From: an uncultured Cellvibrionales bacterium
GTDB taxonomy: Bacteria > Pseudomonadota > Gammaproteobacteria > Pseudomonadales > GM7GCV1
Reading direction: 5' to 3'
Assembly (NCBI GenBank): GCA_913063225.1
Contig: CAJXYP010000019.1
Span: forward strand, 1,178 to 65,177
DNA: 64,000 nt
The notes beneath the pieces are model-generated. The model was not told the DNA's origin. It ran no database searches and saw only the letters and a program-made list of their open reading frames with translations. This document shows, one piece after another, positions 53,880 through 63,959 of the stretch. The translations under genes and the position numbers were made by a program. Numbering within the stretch: position 1 is the stretch's first letter; each line of letters opens with the position of its first letter.

Positions 53880-54240
53880 ACGTTTTCTCTTTGTATCTCT
53901 GACTATTTCCGCTGCCACGGGTGGCGTTCTTTTCTTTGCTTGCCCAAAGAAACGAACCAAAAGAAAAGGCATCCCGGTCACTTGGCCTGACGGCTGCCCT
54001 CGCTCCGAGCCATTTATTAGGGTCGTGCTCACTCGCTCCTGCTCGGGTCGCACTTTCGCGCACTTCCCTGTGCGCTCAACCCCAATAAATACCTTTCCGC
54101 TCAGCAAGCTCAAACGGGGCCCTGATCTCATCTCGACGAAAATCAGCCTAATTCTTTTGTCTTGGTTATTGATTTGGGATTTGAGCGCAGCGACTGATTG
54201 CGACCCGGAAGCGCCAAGAAGCGGAAATGTTTAGGTTGAT
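53880..54240. other. GC-rich non-coding block with nested hairpins (unclassified element)
   Basis: It contains only short overlapping ORFs on both strands. Hairpins include GCGCAC-TTCCCT-GTGCGC and CCGAGC...GCTCGG. There is no coding periodicity that I can see. Confidence 0.3.
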
Positions 54241-54328
54241 TGACTAATCAAGAGAATGTCTACTAAAGCTGGCGTGCTTCTAATTGGTCAACAACAAAAC
54301 CAGATAGCTTGATAAGATACAAAGGCAG

Positions 54329-54844
54329 TTATGATTTACTAACTATATCTTCATACCATGTTTGTATAAGCAAGGCCCTACTTCTAATTATTGGCGTGAT
54401 TATCTTAGAGGCATCACCTGCTCTCATTGCCGTATACATTGTGCCTCGCTTTTCTGCATATACTCTATCTAGCAATACCGAATTAAACGCAATAGTCACG
54501 TCCCGATAATTGATCGATACGAGCTGGGTAGATTCCAATAACTCCAGATTTTTCCCTTCAAGCTCGGTAATCAAAAGTTCATAGTAATAATTCATCTCGA
54601 ACTGCCAGGAATTATAGTATTCAGAGTAACAAGACACCGCTCTAGTAGCACCCATAGACCGGTTGAGACAATCAGATTTACTCTCATCCAAATATTCTTC
54701 GAATAAATCTACGCTAGGGAAATCGCGTAGATGGCTATCAATACCCTGTGAAAACGAACTGATCGAAAAGCATACTAAGTATACGAATACTACGAATCTC
54801 ATCTTTCTTACCTCGTGTGCAGTAAAATCACGGTACAAGCTCAC
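54329..54844 (-). CDS. DUF1311 (LprI-like) secreted protein
   Basis: Signal peptide, a Cys pair (DCLNRS...VSCY) and Y..W...Y..L helical motifs. The gene is AT-rich relative to its neighbours. Confidence 0.6.
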   Translation of the reverse strand: MSLYRDFTAHEVRKMRFVVFVYLVCFSISSFSQGIDSHLRDFPSVDLFEEYLDESKSDCLNRSMGATRAVSCYSEYYNSWQFEMNYYYELLITELEGKNLELLESTQLVSINYRDVTIAFNSVLLDRVYAEKRGTMYTAMRAGDASKIITPIIRSRALLIQTWYEDIVSKS

Positions 54845-54903
54845 CGATCGTTATGCGACTTTACGATATAAAAGGTTCTAGCACCCTTGCCAAAGAGCTC
54901 AAA

Positions 54904-56037
54904 TCAAGCGGAGTAGATGGCACCCAATACGCGATAACCTTCAGCACCTGTAACCGCGGGAGAGTTACCCACTTCATTCTCGATACGTTTTTTTGCCAAC
55001 CAGGCAAAGGCCGCCGCTTCTACCTGTTCAGGTTTTAACCCGTAGGCAGCGCAGCTGGTTACCTGAGTGTTTGCGAGCGCCTCAATCCGCTGGAACAGTG
55101 TGCCGTTGTATACCCCGCCGCCACACAAAATGATTTCTCCGCAAACCGGGGCGTAGGCTTTGATTGCCGCACAAATGCTTTGTGCGGTTAGTTCTAGCAA
55201 AGTGGCTTGAACATCTTCAGGGGATACATCTCCGCTGATTTTTTGTTCCAACCAGCCGGAATTGAAAAGCTCTCTGCCAGTACTTTTTGGCGCAGATAAG
55301 TCGAAGTAGGGAGCGGACAGAAGTCGGTCGAGTAGCTTCAGGTTTACCTTACCCTGAGCTGCCCACTCACCATTAATGTCTATAGCTGCCCCGGTATTTT
55401 TTTCACACCAATAGTCCATTAGCGCGTTGCCGGGGCCGGAATCAAATCCTGCGGTACATCGATCACTTTCGAGCACACTGATATTTGCCATACCGCCGAT
55501 ATTTACCGCCACCTTGCGTTGTTCAAACTCGCCAAACCAATGCGCATGAAAAGTTGGCAGTAGCGGCGCAGCTTGCCCTCCTGCAGCTATATCTCTTCGT
55601 CGGAAATCTGCCACTACTTGTATGCCGGTGCGCTCTGCAATTATGTTGGCGTCACCAATTTGTTGGCTATAGCTTGATTGGGCGAGATTGGATCCCGCAA
55701 CAGGGGGTCTGTGGCGAATAGTTTGACCGTGGCAGGCTATGGCCTGCACGTCAGAGGCTTTTAGTTCGAGCTGTTGTATTAAATCCAAGGCGCAATCCGC
55801 AAAAAGATGCCCAAGCAGGTAATCCAAGTCCAGATTTTCTGACAGGGAATCGGTCGCTTGTGAAGACAAGGCGATTACTCGGGATTTTATATCTGCGGGG
55901 ATGGCAAGGGAGCAGTGGCCCAATATCCTTCCATCGTGGGCAATAGCCTCATCGGTTAAATCTATGGCTACCGCATCAATGCCGTCAACACTGGTGCCGG
56001 ACATTAAGCCTAGGTAAATCGCTGGTCTGGCAGGCAT
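54904..56037 (-). CDS. anmK: anhydro-N-acetylmuramic acid kinase
   Basis: GLMSGTSVDGIDA N-terminal motif and an ASKHA-fold body; 377 aa. Confidence 0.9.
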   Translation of the reverse strand: MPARPAIYLGLMSGTSVDGIDAVAIDLTDEAIAHDGRILGHCSLAIPADIKSRVIALSSQATDSLSENLDLDYLLGHLFADCALDLIQQLELKASDVQAIACHGQTIRHRPPVAGSNLAQSSYSQQIGDANIIAERTGIQVVADFRRRDIAAGGQAAPLLPTFHAHWFGEFEQRKVAVNIGGMANISVLESDRCTAGFDSGPGNALMDYWCEKNTGAAIDINGEWAAQGKVNLKLLDRLLSAPYFDLSAPKSTGRELFNSGWLEQKISGDVSPEDVQATLLELTAQSICAAIKAYAPVCGEIILCGGGVYNGTLFQRIEALANTQVTSCAAYGLKPEQVEAAAFAWLAKKRIENEVGNSPAVTGAEGYRVLGAIYSA

Positions 56038-56045
56038 GTTAGGGC

Positions 56046-57476
56046 TTAGCTTCGGTTTTCTTGAGACGAGGAATCTTCTGCGTACTGAATAGCTGGATTG
56101 TCTAATAGGGTTATCAAATCGGTTGAGGCTTGTTTAAACACCGACAATTGTTCCGCGGAAAGTGCGATACCGTTTGGCAGGTCAACAGTCACTGGGTTTC
56201 GTACAACACCATTCACTTCAAACTCATAGTGAAGGTGATAGCCTGCCGCTAAACCAGTTTGTCCGACATAGCCGATAATTTGGCCTTGTTGAACACTTGA
56301 TCCGGTACGGATGCCATTTGCAAAGTTCTTCATGTGGGCATAAAGGGTTCTATAGTTTTGCCCATGCTGAATTTCAACAACATTCCCATAGCTCGAGCTA
56401 TACCTCGCTGAAGCCACTCTGCCGTCACCGGTTGCTCGAATTGGAGTGCCGCTATTAGCTGCGTAGTCTGTACCTTGGTGTGGGCGTGTGACGTCTAAGA
56501 CGGGGTGTTTTCGGTTGGGATTGAAATGCGAACTGATCCAAAAAACATCCAGTGGAGTACGCAAAAAGGCCTTACGCATACTCTCGCCCTCAGGCGTGTA
56601 GTAAGCACCTCTGCCTTCATCGTCTGTATGGCGAATAGCACGGTAATTACGTCCTTGGTTAGTGAACTCGGCGGCTAGGATATTACCCTGGCCAATAGCT
56701 TCACCATCAAGGTATTGGTCTTCATAGATGACACTAAAGGTATCGCCGCTTCGAATTTCTAAAGCAAAGTCGATATCCCAGCCAAAAATTCCCGCCAGTT
56801 CCATAATTAGACTGTCGGACAAACCGGCATCTAAACCGGCTAGATAGAGGCTCGATTGAATCTCGCCGCTTTTTAGAACCGAATAAGACTCCGGCTGACG
56901 AATTTCATGATACGACTCATACCCGGTTTCAGTTTTGTCGACCAGATAAGCTTCGAGCGCGTTAATGCGATATTCAAAATGAAGCAGGTCACCTGATTCA
57001 TTAGAATAAAAAGTTAGTTCTCGTCCAGGATAAAGTCGGCCCAGTTCATTCCCGTGTTCTGACTGAGAGACTACTTCGTAGAGTTGTCTCGGCGTAAAAC
57101 CAGAGCGGTCAAAAATCAAGGATAGGGAGTCTCCTGATCGAACCTTGGTGACCTGTTGATCCAAATTTGCATAAGGATCCAGATCAGCGGGTTCAGGGCT
57201 AGAGGCTAGCGGTACTTCGATCTCAATCGGGCTAGATTGACTCTCGTCGGAAGAAATTACTAATTGCGAAGATACATACTCCGGGGAGATGTTTTCTGAA
57301 GGGAACCCCTGGACTACCAGTGCGGTTAAGGCGATTAACGCTACACCAGAAAAACCAGCGCCTATACGCAGTTTATGTGGAGTAAGCAGATGTAATATTC
57401 TATTTCTCCCGCGCACAAAAACAGCGAAATAATCTATTTCGTTTCGCTTTTTGAGTTTGGTCGCTTGAGACTTCAT
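56046..57476 (-). CDS. M23-family murein DD-endopeptidase (MepM/YebA-like)
   Basis: HQGTDYAA...GDGRV...LYAHM...GLAAGYHLHYEF zinc motifs and one N-terminal TM segment. I placed the start at the ATG at 57476 (MKSQATK). Confidence 0.85.
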   Translation of the reverse strand: MKSQATKLKKRNEIDYFAVFVRGRNRILHLLTPHKLRIGAGFSGVALIALTALVVQGFPSENISPEYVSSQLVISSDESQSSPIEIEVPLASSPEPADLDPYANLDQQVTKVRSGDSLSLIFDRSGFTPRQLYEVVSQSEHGNELGRLYPGRELTFYSNESGDLLHFEYRINALEAYLVDKTETGYESYHEIRQPESYSVLKSGEIQSSLYLAGLDAGLSDSLIMELAGIFGWDIDFALEIRSGDTFSVIYEDQYLDGEAIGQGNILAAEFTNQGRNYRAIRHTDDEGRGAYYTPEGESMRKAFLRTPLDVFWISSHFNPNRKHPVLDVTRPHQGTDYAANSGTPIRATGDGRVASARYSSSYGNVVEIQHGQNYRTLYAHMKNFANGIRTGSSVQQGQIIGYVGQTGLAAGYHLHYEFEVNGVVRNPVTVDLPNGIALSAEQLSVFKQASTDLITLLDNPAIQYAEDSSSQENRS

Positions 57477-57674
57477 GAAAATTCGTGGTTGCTGGTTTAA
57501 GTGATTGTAATTAAGAATAAAAAAATACACAAAACATTATCTGTATTTTGAGCCCTAGGTATTTCAGGTCTAAGTGTTGAATTTCCAAGGGATTCGGCTA
57601 ATGTAGCCGCCCCAATCACTGATTATGCGAATCATTCGGTGGTTTAATACGCAAGTAGCATTGGATACCAATAA

Positions 57675-58958
57675 ATGACCAATAGCCTTTTACGGGATCT
57701 TGAAGCACGTGGGCTAATCGCGCAGCGCACGGCGGAAGCAGAATTAGATGAGCATTTGGAGCAGCCACGACTTGTCTATTGTGGTTTTGACCCCACTGCA
57801 GACAGTCTGCATATAGGTACTTTGGTTCCTCTAATTATGCTGCGTCGATTCCAGTTGGCTGGGCACCAACCTATAGCCCTGGTGGGTGGTTCCACAGGAC
57901 TTATTGGTGACCCAAGCTTCAAGGCGGCAGAGCGGCAGCTCAACGGAAAGGAAACGGTCGACCTTTGGTGCGCCAAATTACGCACTCAAATAGAACAATT
58001 TATTGAATTTGATGGCGACAACACTGCCATCATGGCTAACAACTATGATTGGACAGGTGACCTGCCCGTGCTCGACTTTATGCGAGACATAGGCAAGCAC
58101 TTTTCGATCAACAGCATGATCCAAAAGGAATCCGTAAAACAACGCATCGACCGGGAAGGTAGCGGCATATCCTTTACCGAGTTTTCTTACATGCTTTTGC
58201 AGTCCTTTGATTTTGCCGAACTCTATAAATTGCTCAGTTGCACCATACAGATCGGTGGTTCGGATCAGTGGGGCAATATTACTGGCGGTATAGATTTGAC
58301 TCGGCGCATGCACGGCGCTCAAGTTTTTGGCGTGACTATGCCCCTGATCACAAAAGCTGATGGTACAAAGTTCGGAAAAACCGAAGCCGGAACGGTGTGG
58401 TTGGATCCAGCTAAAACTTCTCCCTATAGCTTTTATCAGTTCTGGTTAAACGCCGCTGACGCTGACGCCTATAACTTTTTGAGATATTTCACCTTCTTAA
58501 CTGTCGATGAGATAACTGAAATAGAGCGTGCCGACAAAGAAGCTGAAGGTAAGCCTCAGGCGCAATCAATATTGGCTGCTGAGGTAACTAGGCTAGTACA
58601 TGGAGAGGAGGCCCTGGCCGCGGCTCAGCGTATTACGCAGGCGCTCTTTTCTGGCGAGCTCGACTCTTTGACAGCATCAGACTGTCAACAATTGGAACTT
58701 GATGGTCTGCCCGCATCGCAGTTGGGCCCTTTGCAAGGTCAACCGCTTACCAGTCTTTTTGTAGAGTCTGGACTGGCTAAAAACGGTAGTCAGGTAAAGG
58801 ACGCTCTTCAGCGAAATGCCGTATTGGTGAACGGCAAGTCAATCGGAATGGATCAAAATATGGCGGCGCCAGAAATATTCACCGCCGCGAACGCGCTTCA
58901 TGACGCCTATTTTGTAGTGCGCTTAGGTAAGAAGAGCTATCACCTTTACAAGTTTTAG
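57675..58958 (+). CDS. tyrS: tyrosine-tRNA ligase
   Basis: HIGT (HIGH) and KFGKT (KMSKS) motifs and a C-terminal S4-like domain; 427 aa. Confidence 0.95.
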   Translation: MTNSLLRDLEARGLIAQRTAEAELDEHLEQPRLVYCGFDPTADSLHIGTLVPLIMLRRFQLAGHQPIALVGGSTGLIGDPSFKAAERQLNGKETVDLWCAKLRTQIEQFIEFDGDNTAIMANNYDWTGDLPVLDFMRDIGKHFSINSMIQKESVKQRIDREGSGISFTEFSYMLLQSFDFAELYKLLSCTIQIGGSDQWGNITGGIDLTRRMHGAQVFGVTMPLITKADGTKFGKTEAGTVWLDPAKTSPYSFYQFWLNAADADAYNFLRYFTFLTVDEITEIERADKEAEGKPQAQSILAAEVTRLVHGEEALAAAQRITQALFSGELDSLTASDCQQLELDGLPASQLGPLQGQPLTSLFVESGLAKNGSQVKDALQRNAVLVNGKSIGMDQNMAAPEIFTAANALHDAYFVVRLGKKSYHLYKF

Positions 58959-58968
58959 GCATTCGTTT

Positions 58969-61860
58969 TTAGGTATTTACTAAAATACGAATAGCATCTA
59001 ATTTAAAGTCGAGTCTTTCTAGAGACTGAATGGTTTGGGTCAGTAGTTCTTCTTCATGAAGGATCTCATCGTCGCGTACATTGGGGTTTACGCGTTTTAG
59101 AGCGTGTAACCGCTCAATTTCCGATTGCATATCCTCTTTAGCGACTTCCAATGCTTGCTGGCGAATTACCTCAGCTTGCTTTGATGCGACTCTTTTACTG
59201 GTATTCAATAGATCTTCAATTACTGGTCTGTGAGCGGCTACAATTTTCGCCCCGATAGAGCGTTTTACCGGCTGCTTGTGTTTCTCCAGCAGTTCACTGG
59301 TCAGCCCAGTGTGCAGGCGTTTTTGTTGATCTAATACGGTGCGAATGCTGGTGCTGGCAAGGTACCTTGCGGATTGATTACTTCTGCTTGAGATACCTTC
59401 GATGGTAAAAATACATTCCACCAGCAAGGTTCCTTTGGGAACTCCCTTGTAATTGATGGATACAAGAGAAGTACTTCCCGTTTCACTGGTTAGGATGCTA
59501 TCCATTGCTTGTATAAGCAACGGATGCTCTGCTGTCATAAAGTGCAGGTCTTCTTGAGCTAGGGCAATATCCCGTTCGTAGGTAATAGTCAGGCCATCAT
59601 CAGGCAAGGCCGGTAAAGGCGCCATCATGTTGTCACTTGGGTGCAGTACAACGGTTTGATTGGTTTGAATCTCGTGCTCGATTCCAAATATATCCGAGAA
59701 CTCTTGTATAAAAGCTGATACTTCGGATCCATTGTCTTGTTCGAGTGCTTGTTGCATAAGGCGAGACGCTTTGCCCGGCCGACAAGAATTGTATTCAAGC
59801 AAGCGGTCTCTACCTGCAAGAATCTCTTGTTCGAGTTCGTCATGGCGAGCGCGCAACGTGGCGAGCAAGCCTTCTTCAATCTTGCTCTCGCGAAGGCTTG
59901 TCTCGATTTCGGAGCGATATTCGCCAAATACCTTGAGGGCAGCGACGCTAATATTTTCAAATGCGTTGGTACCCTGATGGTAGATAGTTACCAACGTTTC
60001 CTGAGCGGTTCCTTCTAAGAAAGGCATATGGATATTTATAGTATCGGTTTGGCCTATGCGATCCAGGCGACCTATTCTTTGCTCAAGCAGATCCGGGTTT
60101 AAAGGCAGGTCAAACAACACAAGGTGGTGTGCAAATTGGAAGTTGCGGCCTTCTGACCCGATTTCAGAACATACAAGGCTTTGGCTGCCGTATTCGGTGT
60201 CGGCAAAATAGGCCGCCGCCCGGTCTCTTTCAACTATGCTCATGTCTTCGTGAAATACGGCGGGCGGTTCTCCAGTCTTCATGCGGATGGCGTCGGCTAT
60301 ATCCAGGGCAGTGATCGCACTAGCTGCTATCACCAATACTTTTTTCTTGCGATTGGCAGATAGGAAATCTAAAAGCCATTTCAATCTGGGGTCAAAACTT
60401 GTCCAACCTTGTGCGCCACTATCTTCATCGCTCAGTTGATACAGTACCTCTGGGTGCAGCAGTGCCTTAAGCGGTATTTCAGATCTTGTTTCTTGGTCCA
60501 ATGCATAGGCGTCGGGGCATTCGAGAGCGTAAGTATGTAGCTTGCGCCCGGGAAAGCCTTTAATAGTATTGCGGGTATTTCTGAACAAAACTCGCCCGGT
60601 GCCATGACGATCTAAAAGATGATCTACTAGAGATTCTCGATGATTCTCAGAGCTTTCTTCTGAATTCTGATCAGATTCACTAACGAGTCGCTTGGCCTCA
60701 TCCGCTAGTTCAGAGTCGAATTGGGTTAGCTTCTGCTGCCACTCGTCTTTGGCAAGGTCTTTCAATTCCATTTCTTCGAGCTGATCAATCAGCTCCGCGA
60801 TAACGCCGTAGGATTGTTCTTCTTTTACAAAGGTCTCGAAGTCGTGAAAACGACTTGGATCAAGCAGGCGAAGACGGGCAAAATGAGCGGACTTTCCGAG
60901 CTGTTCTGGAGTTGCCGTAAGTAGCAACAAGCCTTCCGAGCGCTGCGATAATTCTTCTACCAATTGGTATTCAGTGCTGACGGATTCTTCCGTCCATTCT
61001 AGATGGTGTGCTTCATCGACTATAAGAAGGTCCCACTCAGCATCACAAGCCAGCTGATGAGCTTCGGGGTTTTCGACAAGAAAATCTATGCTGCAAATTA
61101 CAAGCTGTTCTGTTTCAAAAGGGTTCTCTTGAGTGTCAATTTCTTCGTCTTCGCTATAAATCCGACCTTGATCAAAGAGACTGAAGTGCAAGTTAAACCG
61201 GCGCAGCATTTCTACAAGCCACTGGTGAATCAGTGTTTCGGGTACAAGTATTAATACACGCTGCGCTCTACCGGAGGTCAGCTGATAGTTAAGAATCAAT
61301 CCCGCTTCAATAGTTTTGCCCAGACCAACTTCGTCAGCGAGCAGTACTCTGGGTGCATGGCGTTTAGCTACCTCGTTGGCTATATATAGTTGGTGCGGTA
61401 TTAGGCTGGTGCGGCTGCCGTTTAAACCACGAAGTTCAGAGTGAGCCAGGTGATCGGCTAGTTGCGCAGTTTTTCTGCGCAGCTCGAAGTGTGATGGTCG
61501 GTCAATCTGACCAGTGAAAAGCCGTTGGTTGGGCAAATTAAACTGCGTGTGGGGATCGAGAGTTCCTTCCGGGATTGTGACTTCTTCGCCTGTTTCGGTC
61601 TGACCCTGATAGCTGAACAGCCCCTGATATTCTTGAATCAGAGCAATAGTGATCTCTATTCCTGTCTGATTTCTGATTAGTTCGCCCACTTCAAACCTTA
61701 CTCGGCTTAAAGGCGATCTATGGGTTGCATATGTTCTTGTTTCTTCGGCAGCGGCGAACATTAAGGTAATGGTTCGACCCTCGTGGGAAATCAGTGTCCC
61801 TAAGCCTAATTGCAGTTCTGCGTCGTTCACCCATCTCTGGCCGATTACGAAGGATTCCAA
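58969..61860 (-). CDS. rapA: RNA polymerase-associated SNF2-family ATPase RapA
   Basis: FVIGQRWVNDAELQLGLG N-terminus, LLADEVGLGKTIEAG, the DEAHH box and helicase C motifs; 963 aa. Confidence 0.95.
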   Translation of the reverse strand: MESFVIGQRWVNDAELQLGLGTLISHEGRTITLMFAAAEETRTYATHRSPLSRVRFEVGELIRNQTGIEITIALIQEYQGLFSYQGQTETGEEVTIPEGTLDPHTQFNLPNQRLFTGQIDRPSHFELRRKTAQLADHLAHSELRGLNGSRTSLIPHQLYIANEVAKRHAPRVLLADEVGLGKTIEAGLILNYQLTSGRAQRVLILVPETLIHQWLVEMLRRFNLHFSLFDQGRIYSEDEEIDTQENPFETEQLVICSIDFLVENPEAHQLACDAEWDLLIVDEAHHLEWTEESVSTEYQLVEELSQRSEGLLLLTATPEQLGKSAHFARLRLLDPSRFHDFETFVKEEQSYGVIAELIDQLEEMELKDLAKDEWQQKLTQFDSELADEAKRLVSESDQNSEESSENHRESLVDHLLDRHGTGRVLFRNTRNTIKGFPGRKLHTYALECPDAYALDQETRSEIPLKALLHPEVLYQLSDEDSGAQGWTSFDPRLKWLLDFLSANRKKKVLVIAASAITALDIADAIRMKTGEPPAVFHEDMSIVERDRAAAYFADTEYGSQSLVCSEIGSEGRNFQFAHHLVLFDLPLNPDLLEQRIGRLDRIGQTDTINIHMPFLEGTAQETLVTIYHQGTNAFENISVAALKVFGEYRSEIETSLRESKIEEGLLATLRARHDELEQEILAGRDRLLEYNSCRPGKASRLMQQALEQDNGSEVSAFIQEFSDIFGIEHEIQTNQTVVLHPSDNMMAPLPALPDDGLTITYERDIALAQEDLHFMTAEHPLLIQAMDSILTSETGSTSLVSINYKGVPKGTLLVECIFTIEGISSRSNQSARYLASTSIRTVLDQQKRLHTGLTSELLEKHKQPVKRSIGAKIVAAHRPVIEDLLNTSKRVASKQAEVIRQQALEVAKEDMQSEIERLHALKRVNPNVRDDEILHEEELLTQTIQSLERLDFKLDAIRILVNT

Positions 61861-61987
61861 TGATGATTACTCCGATATTTGGGGATATGCGTATAAATGC
61901 GCATTTGAGTCTCTATTTGGTCGACATTGTAGGTGATTCTGGACCAAGTTCGTTATCCGCAGTTGTAAATAGGGTTTTCTCGGGGTT

Positions 61988-62530
61988 ATGATCAGGGCAA
62001 GCCTGTTGTTTCAGGTAGTATCAGGTGGCAAAAGGAAAGCGTCACTATCAGGTCTTGATAAAACGGATATTTTTTATAAAAAATATTGGAGAATAATAAT
62101 CAAAAAATTGAAGCTTTTTAGCTTAATCGCACTTATCCCATTTATCTCGTCAGGCCTGCAGGCGCAAAGTTATGCAGATGATGTTTGGGATCAGCTTCAA
62201 GACTGGCACGACGACTACACTGACGACGGCTACAGTGTTGAAAGCTATGTGGTTGGCAAGCTGGATGAAGATGATACGTATTCCTGGACCTTCTGGTTAG
62301 ACGGCGGAACTGATTACACCATAATCGGTGTATGTGACGAAGATTGCGACGATATCGATTTATCCATAATGGATGACGATGGAGATATGGTCGATGAGGA
62401 TTTTCTTGAAGATGACTATCCCATCGTCAGTGTTTCACCTCGCAGAGATGGTGCTTATACCATTGATGTTGATATGTATGAGTGTAACGTTGAGCCTTGT
62501 TTCTTCGGTATAGCTATTTTCTCTGACTAG
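61988..62530 (+). CDS. very acidic secreted protein with a pre-peptidase C-terminal-like beta-sandwich segment
   Basis: The hydrophobic leader LFSLIALIPFISSGLQA is internal to the listed ORF, so the true start is probably downstream of 61988. D/E-rich with CDEDC and CNVEPC pairs. Confidence 0.6.
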   Translation: MIRASLLFQVVSGGKRKASLSGLDKTDIFYKKYWRIIIKKLKLFSLIALIPFISSGLQAQSYADDVWDQLQDWHDDYTDDGYSVESYVVGKLDEDDTYSWTFWLDGGTDYTIIGVCDEDCDDIDLSIMDDDGDMVDEDFLEDDYPIVSVSPRRDGAYTIDVDMYECNVEPCFFGIAIFSD

Positions 62531-62559
62531 GGCATGGCTAGGATATAGTCGAAAAATAG

Positions 62560-62588
62560 AAAAAGGTCGGCATTAGCCGACCTTTTTT
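62560..62588. terminator. bidirectional rho-independent terminator
   Basis: AAAAAGGTCGGC ATTA GCCGACCTTTTTT. Confidence 0.85.
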
Positions 62589-62595
62589 GTAGCCG

Positions 62596-63340
62596 CTAAA
62601 AGTGGAAAGTGGCTGATGCAAAGAGCCCCGATATATCTAGGTCGGCGCTAATACCATCAAAGTTTTCAACCTGTAGCGACATCTCGCGGTAGCCGATGTT
62701 TAAGCCGAAATCTGCCAGAGGGTGCATTTGCCAGCCGAATTTACCGGCACTGCCGGTATACCTACCACCGTCATATTTAACCAAGTGGGGTCGCCCTCTA
62801 TATACCAACCAGTAAAAGGGAGATCAAAGCGGGCACACATAAAGGCCAATGGTATAGCTGAAGACAATTCAGCAGTATCTTTACTTAAACCATCGTTCGC
62901 TGTCTGTCTAGCGTTCATATAGCTACCAGTTCTTTCGACGTCAGCGCCAAAAAACGCCGTCCGCTAGCTGCCAATACAGAATCAGATTGGTGGTTGCTGA
63001 TTCAAAATGAGTTTCAAGCATCGGCTGATGCCGGATGTGAATTGTCCACCGGATTGAAGGTCCCGCTGCTTTTTCCTTTGGCGACTGTAGGCAATATCTA
63101 TGAAAGAGAGCTGAGCTTGTGGAAGGCCGGTCAGCTCACTATCTAAGTAATAGCAATGGTAATCACTGGCGTTAAATCTGAGGCCCTCGAAGCTATATGG
63201 GTCGCTATCCATTTCTGCGGAGTGATCCTGAAACCAGTGGCTTTCTCCCTCGGGTATGCCTGAGAATAGATCCGCCTGAGTCGATGTAGAGCAAAGGGTG
63301 ATGCATATTAGTGGAGCTGTCTTGCCGATTAGATCGATCC
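62596..63340 (-). pseudogene. outer-membrane beta-barrel protein gene with at least two frame disruptions
   Basis: C-terminal ...GLFASATFHF* is a typical OMP terminus. The adjacent ORFs 62596-62808 and 62700-62918 join if one T is added to the T3 run at 62776-62778. The signal-peptide-like segment LIGKTAPLICITLCSTSTQA at about 63300 has no start codon. Confidence 0.45.
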
Positions 63341-63705
63341 GGGGCTCCTTGAGCGAACCTAAAAGTTGTTCAGTGATTCCGAAAAACCAATATATCTTCT
63401 ACTGAGGACTGTCTCGTAGTACTGGTTCTCAGAATTGTTTTTTAGTTTTTTCACTAAGGGCGAAAGGAATAGGGCAAGCAGGCGAGTTGGGAATAGTAAT
63501 ATTTGGTTAATAAAAAGAGCTGATATCACTTGCTTTTGGGCTGAGTAACGAAAGCTGAATTTTTTTTGCAAAAAAACTACAAAAACTTGGGTTGAGGGGT
63601 TCCCAAATCGAAATTTGAATGTATGATGCGCGCTCTCCGAAACAGAGCTAGCTGCACCGTTTAGGAATTAGGATTTTTCATCCTAGAAATAAATGTATTT
63701 TTTGG

Positions 63706-63733
63706 TTGACTCCAGAGCCGACCTGACTAGAAT
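63706..63733 (+). promoter_or_regulatory. candidate rRNA operon promoter
   Basis: TTGACT, a 16-nt spacer, then TAGAAT, preceded by an A/T-rich UP-like tract. It lies about 230 nt upstream of the 16S start. Confidence 0.6.
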
Positions 63734-63763
63734 ACGCAGCCCTCACCGCAGTAGCGAATGAGA

Positions 63764-63776
63764 CGTTCTTTAAAAA
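63764..63776 (+). promoter_or_regulatory. boxA-like antitermination element in the rrn leader
   Basis: CGTTCTTTAAAAA matches the consensus TGCTCTTTAACAA at 10 of 13 positions. Confidence 0.4.
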
Positions 63777-63959
63777 TTTGATCAAGCAATGCGTGTGGGT
63801 GCTTGCTGAGATGTTTCGAACAATACGAAATATCAGACGCAAGAATCCATATATGTCATTCCGAATATATGGCCAATTCGTTTGGCCAAGTTCTTAGATA
63901 GTGCCACGGGCAACTGTGAAACTGTCTCCTCTTGCCTCTTCGGCAGAGGTTAAAGATAT

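Noticed and set aside
53853-54234. The three listed ORFs (53853-54131 minus, 53872-54063 minus, 54025-54234 plus) as genes.
   Set aside because: They overlap one another on both strands, have low-complexity translations and no initiation signals. The region is reported instead as an unclassified non-coding element.
63359-63571. Minus-strand 70-aa ORF upstream of the rRNA operon.
   Set aside because: It lies in the AT-rich rrn upstream region, has no motif and no Shine-Dalgarno, and is likely spurious.
63587-63627. A second upstream rRNA promoter (TTGAGG...TTGAAT or ...TATGAT followed by a GCGCGC discriminator).
   Set aside because: I could not find a -35/-10 pair with both acceptable hexamers and 16-18 bp spacing. 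The TATGAT-GCGCGC sequence is suggestive but unsupported.
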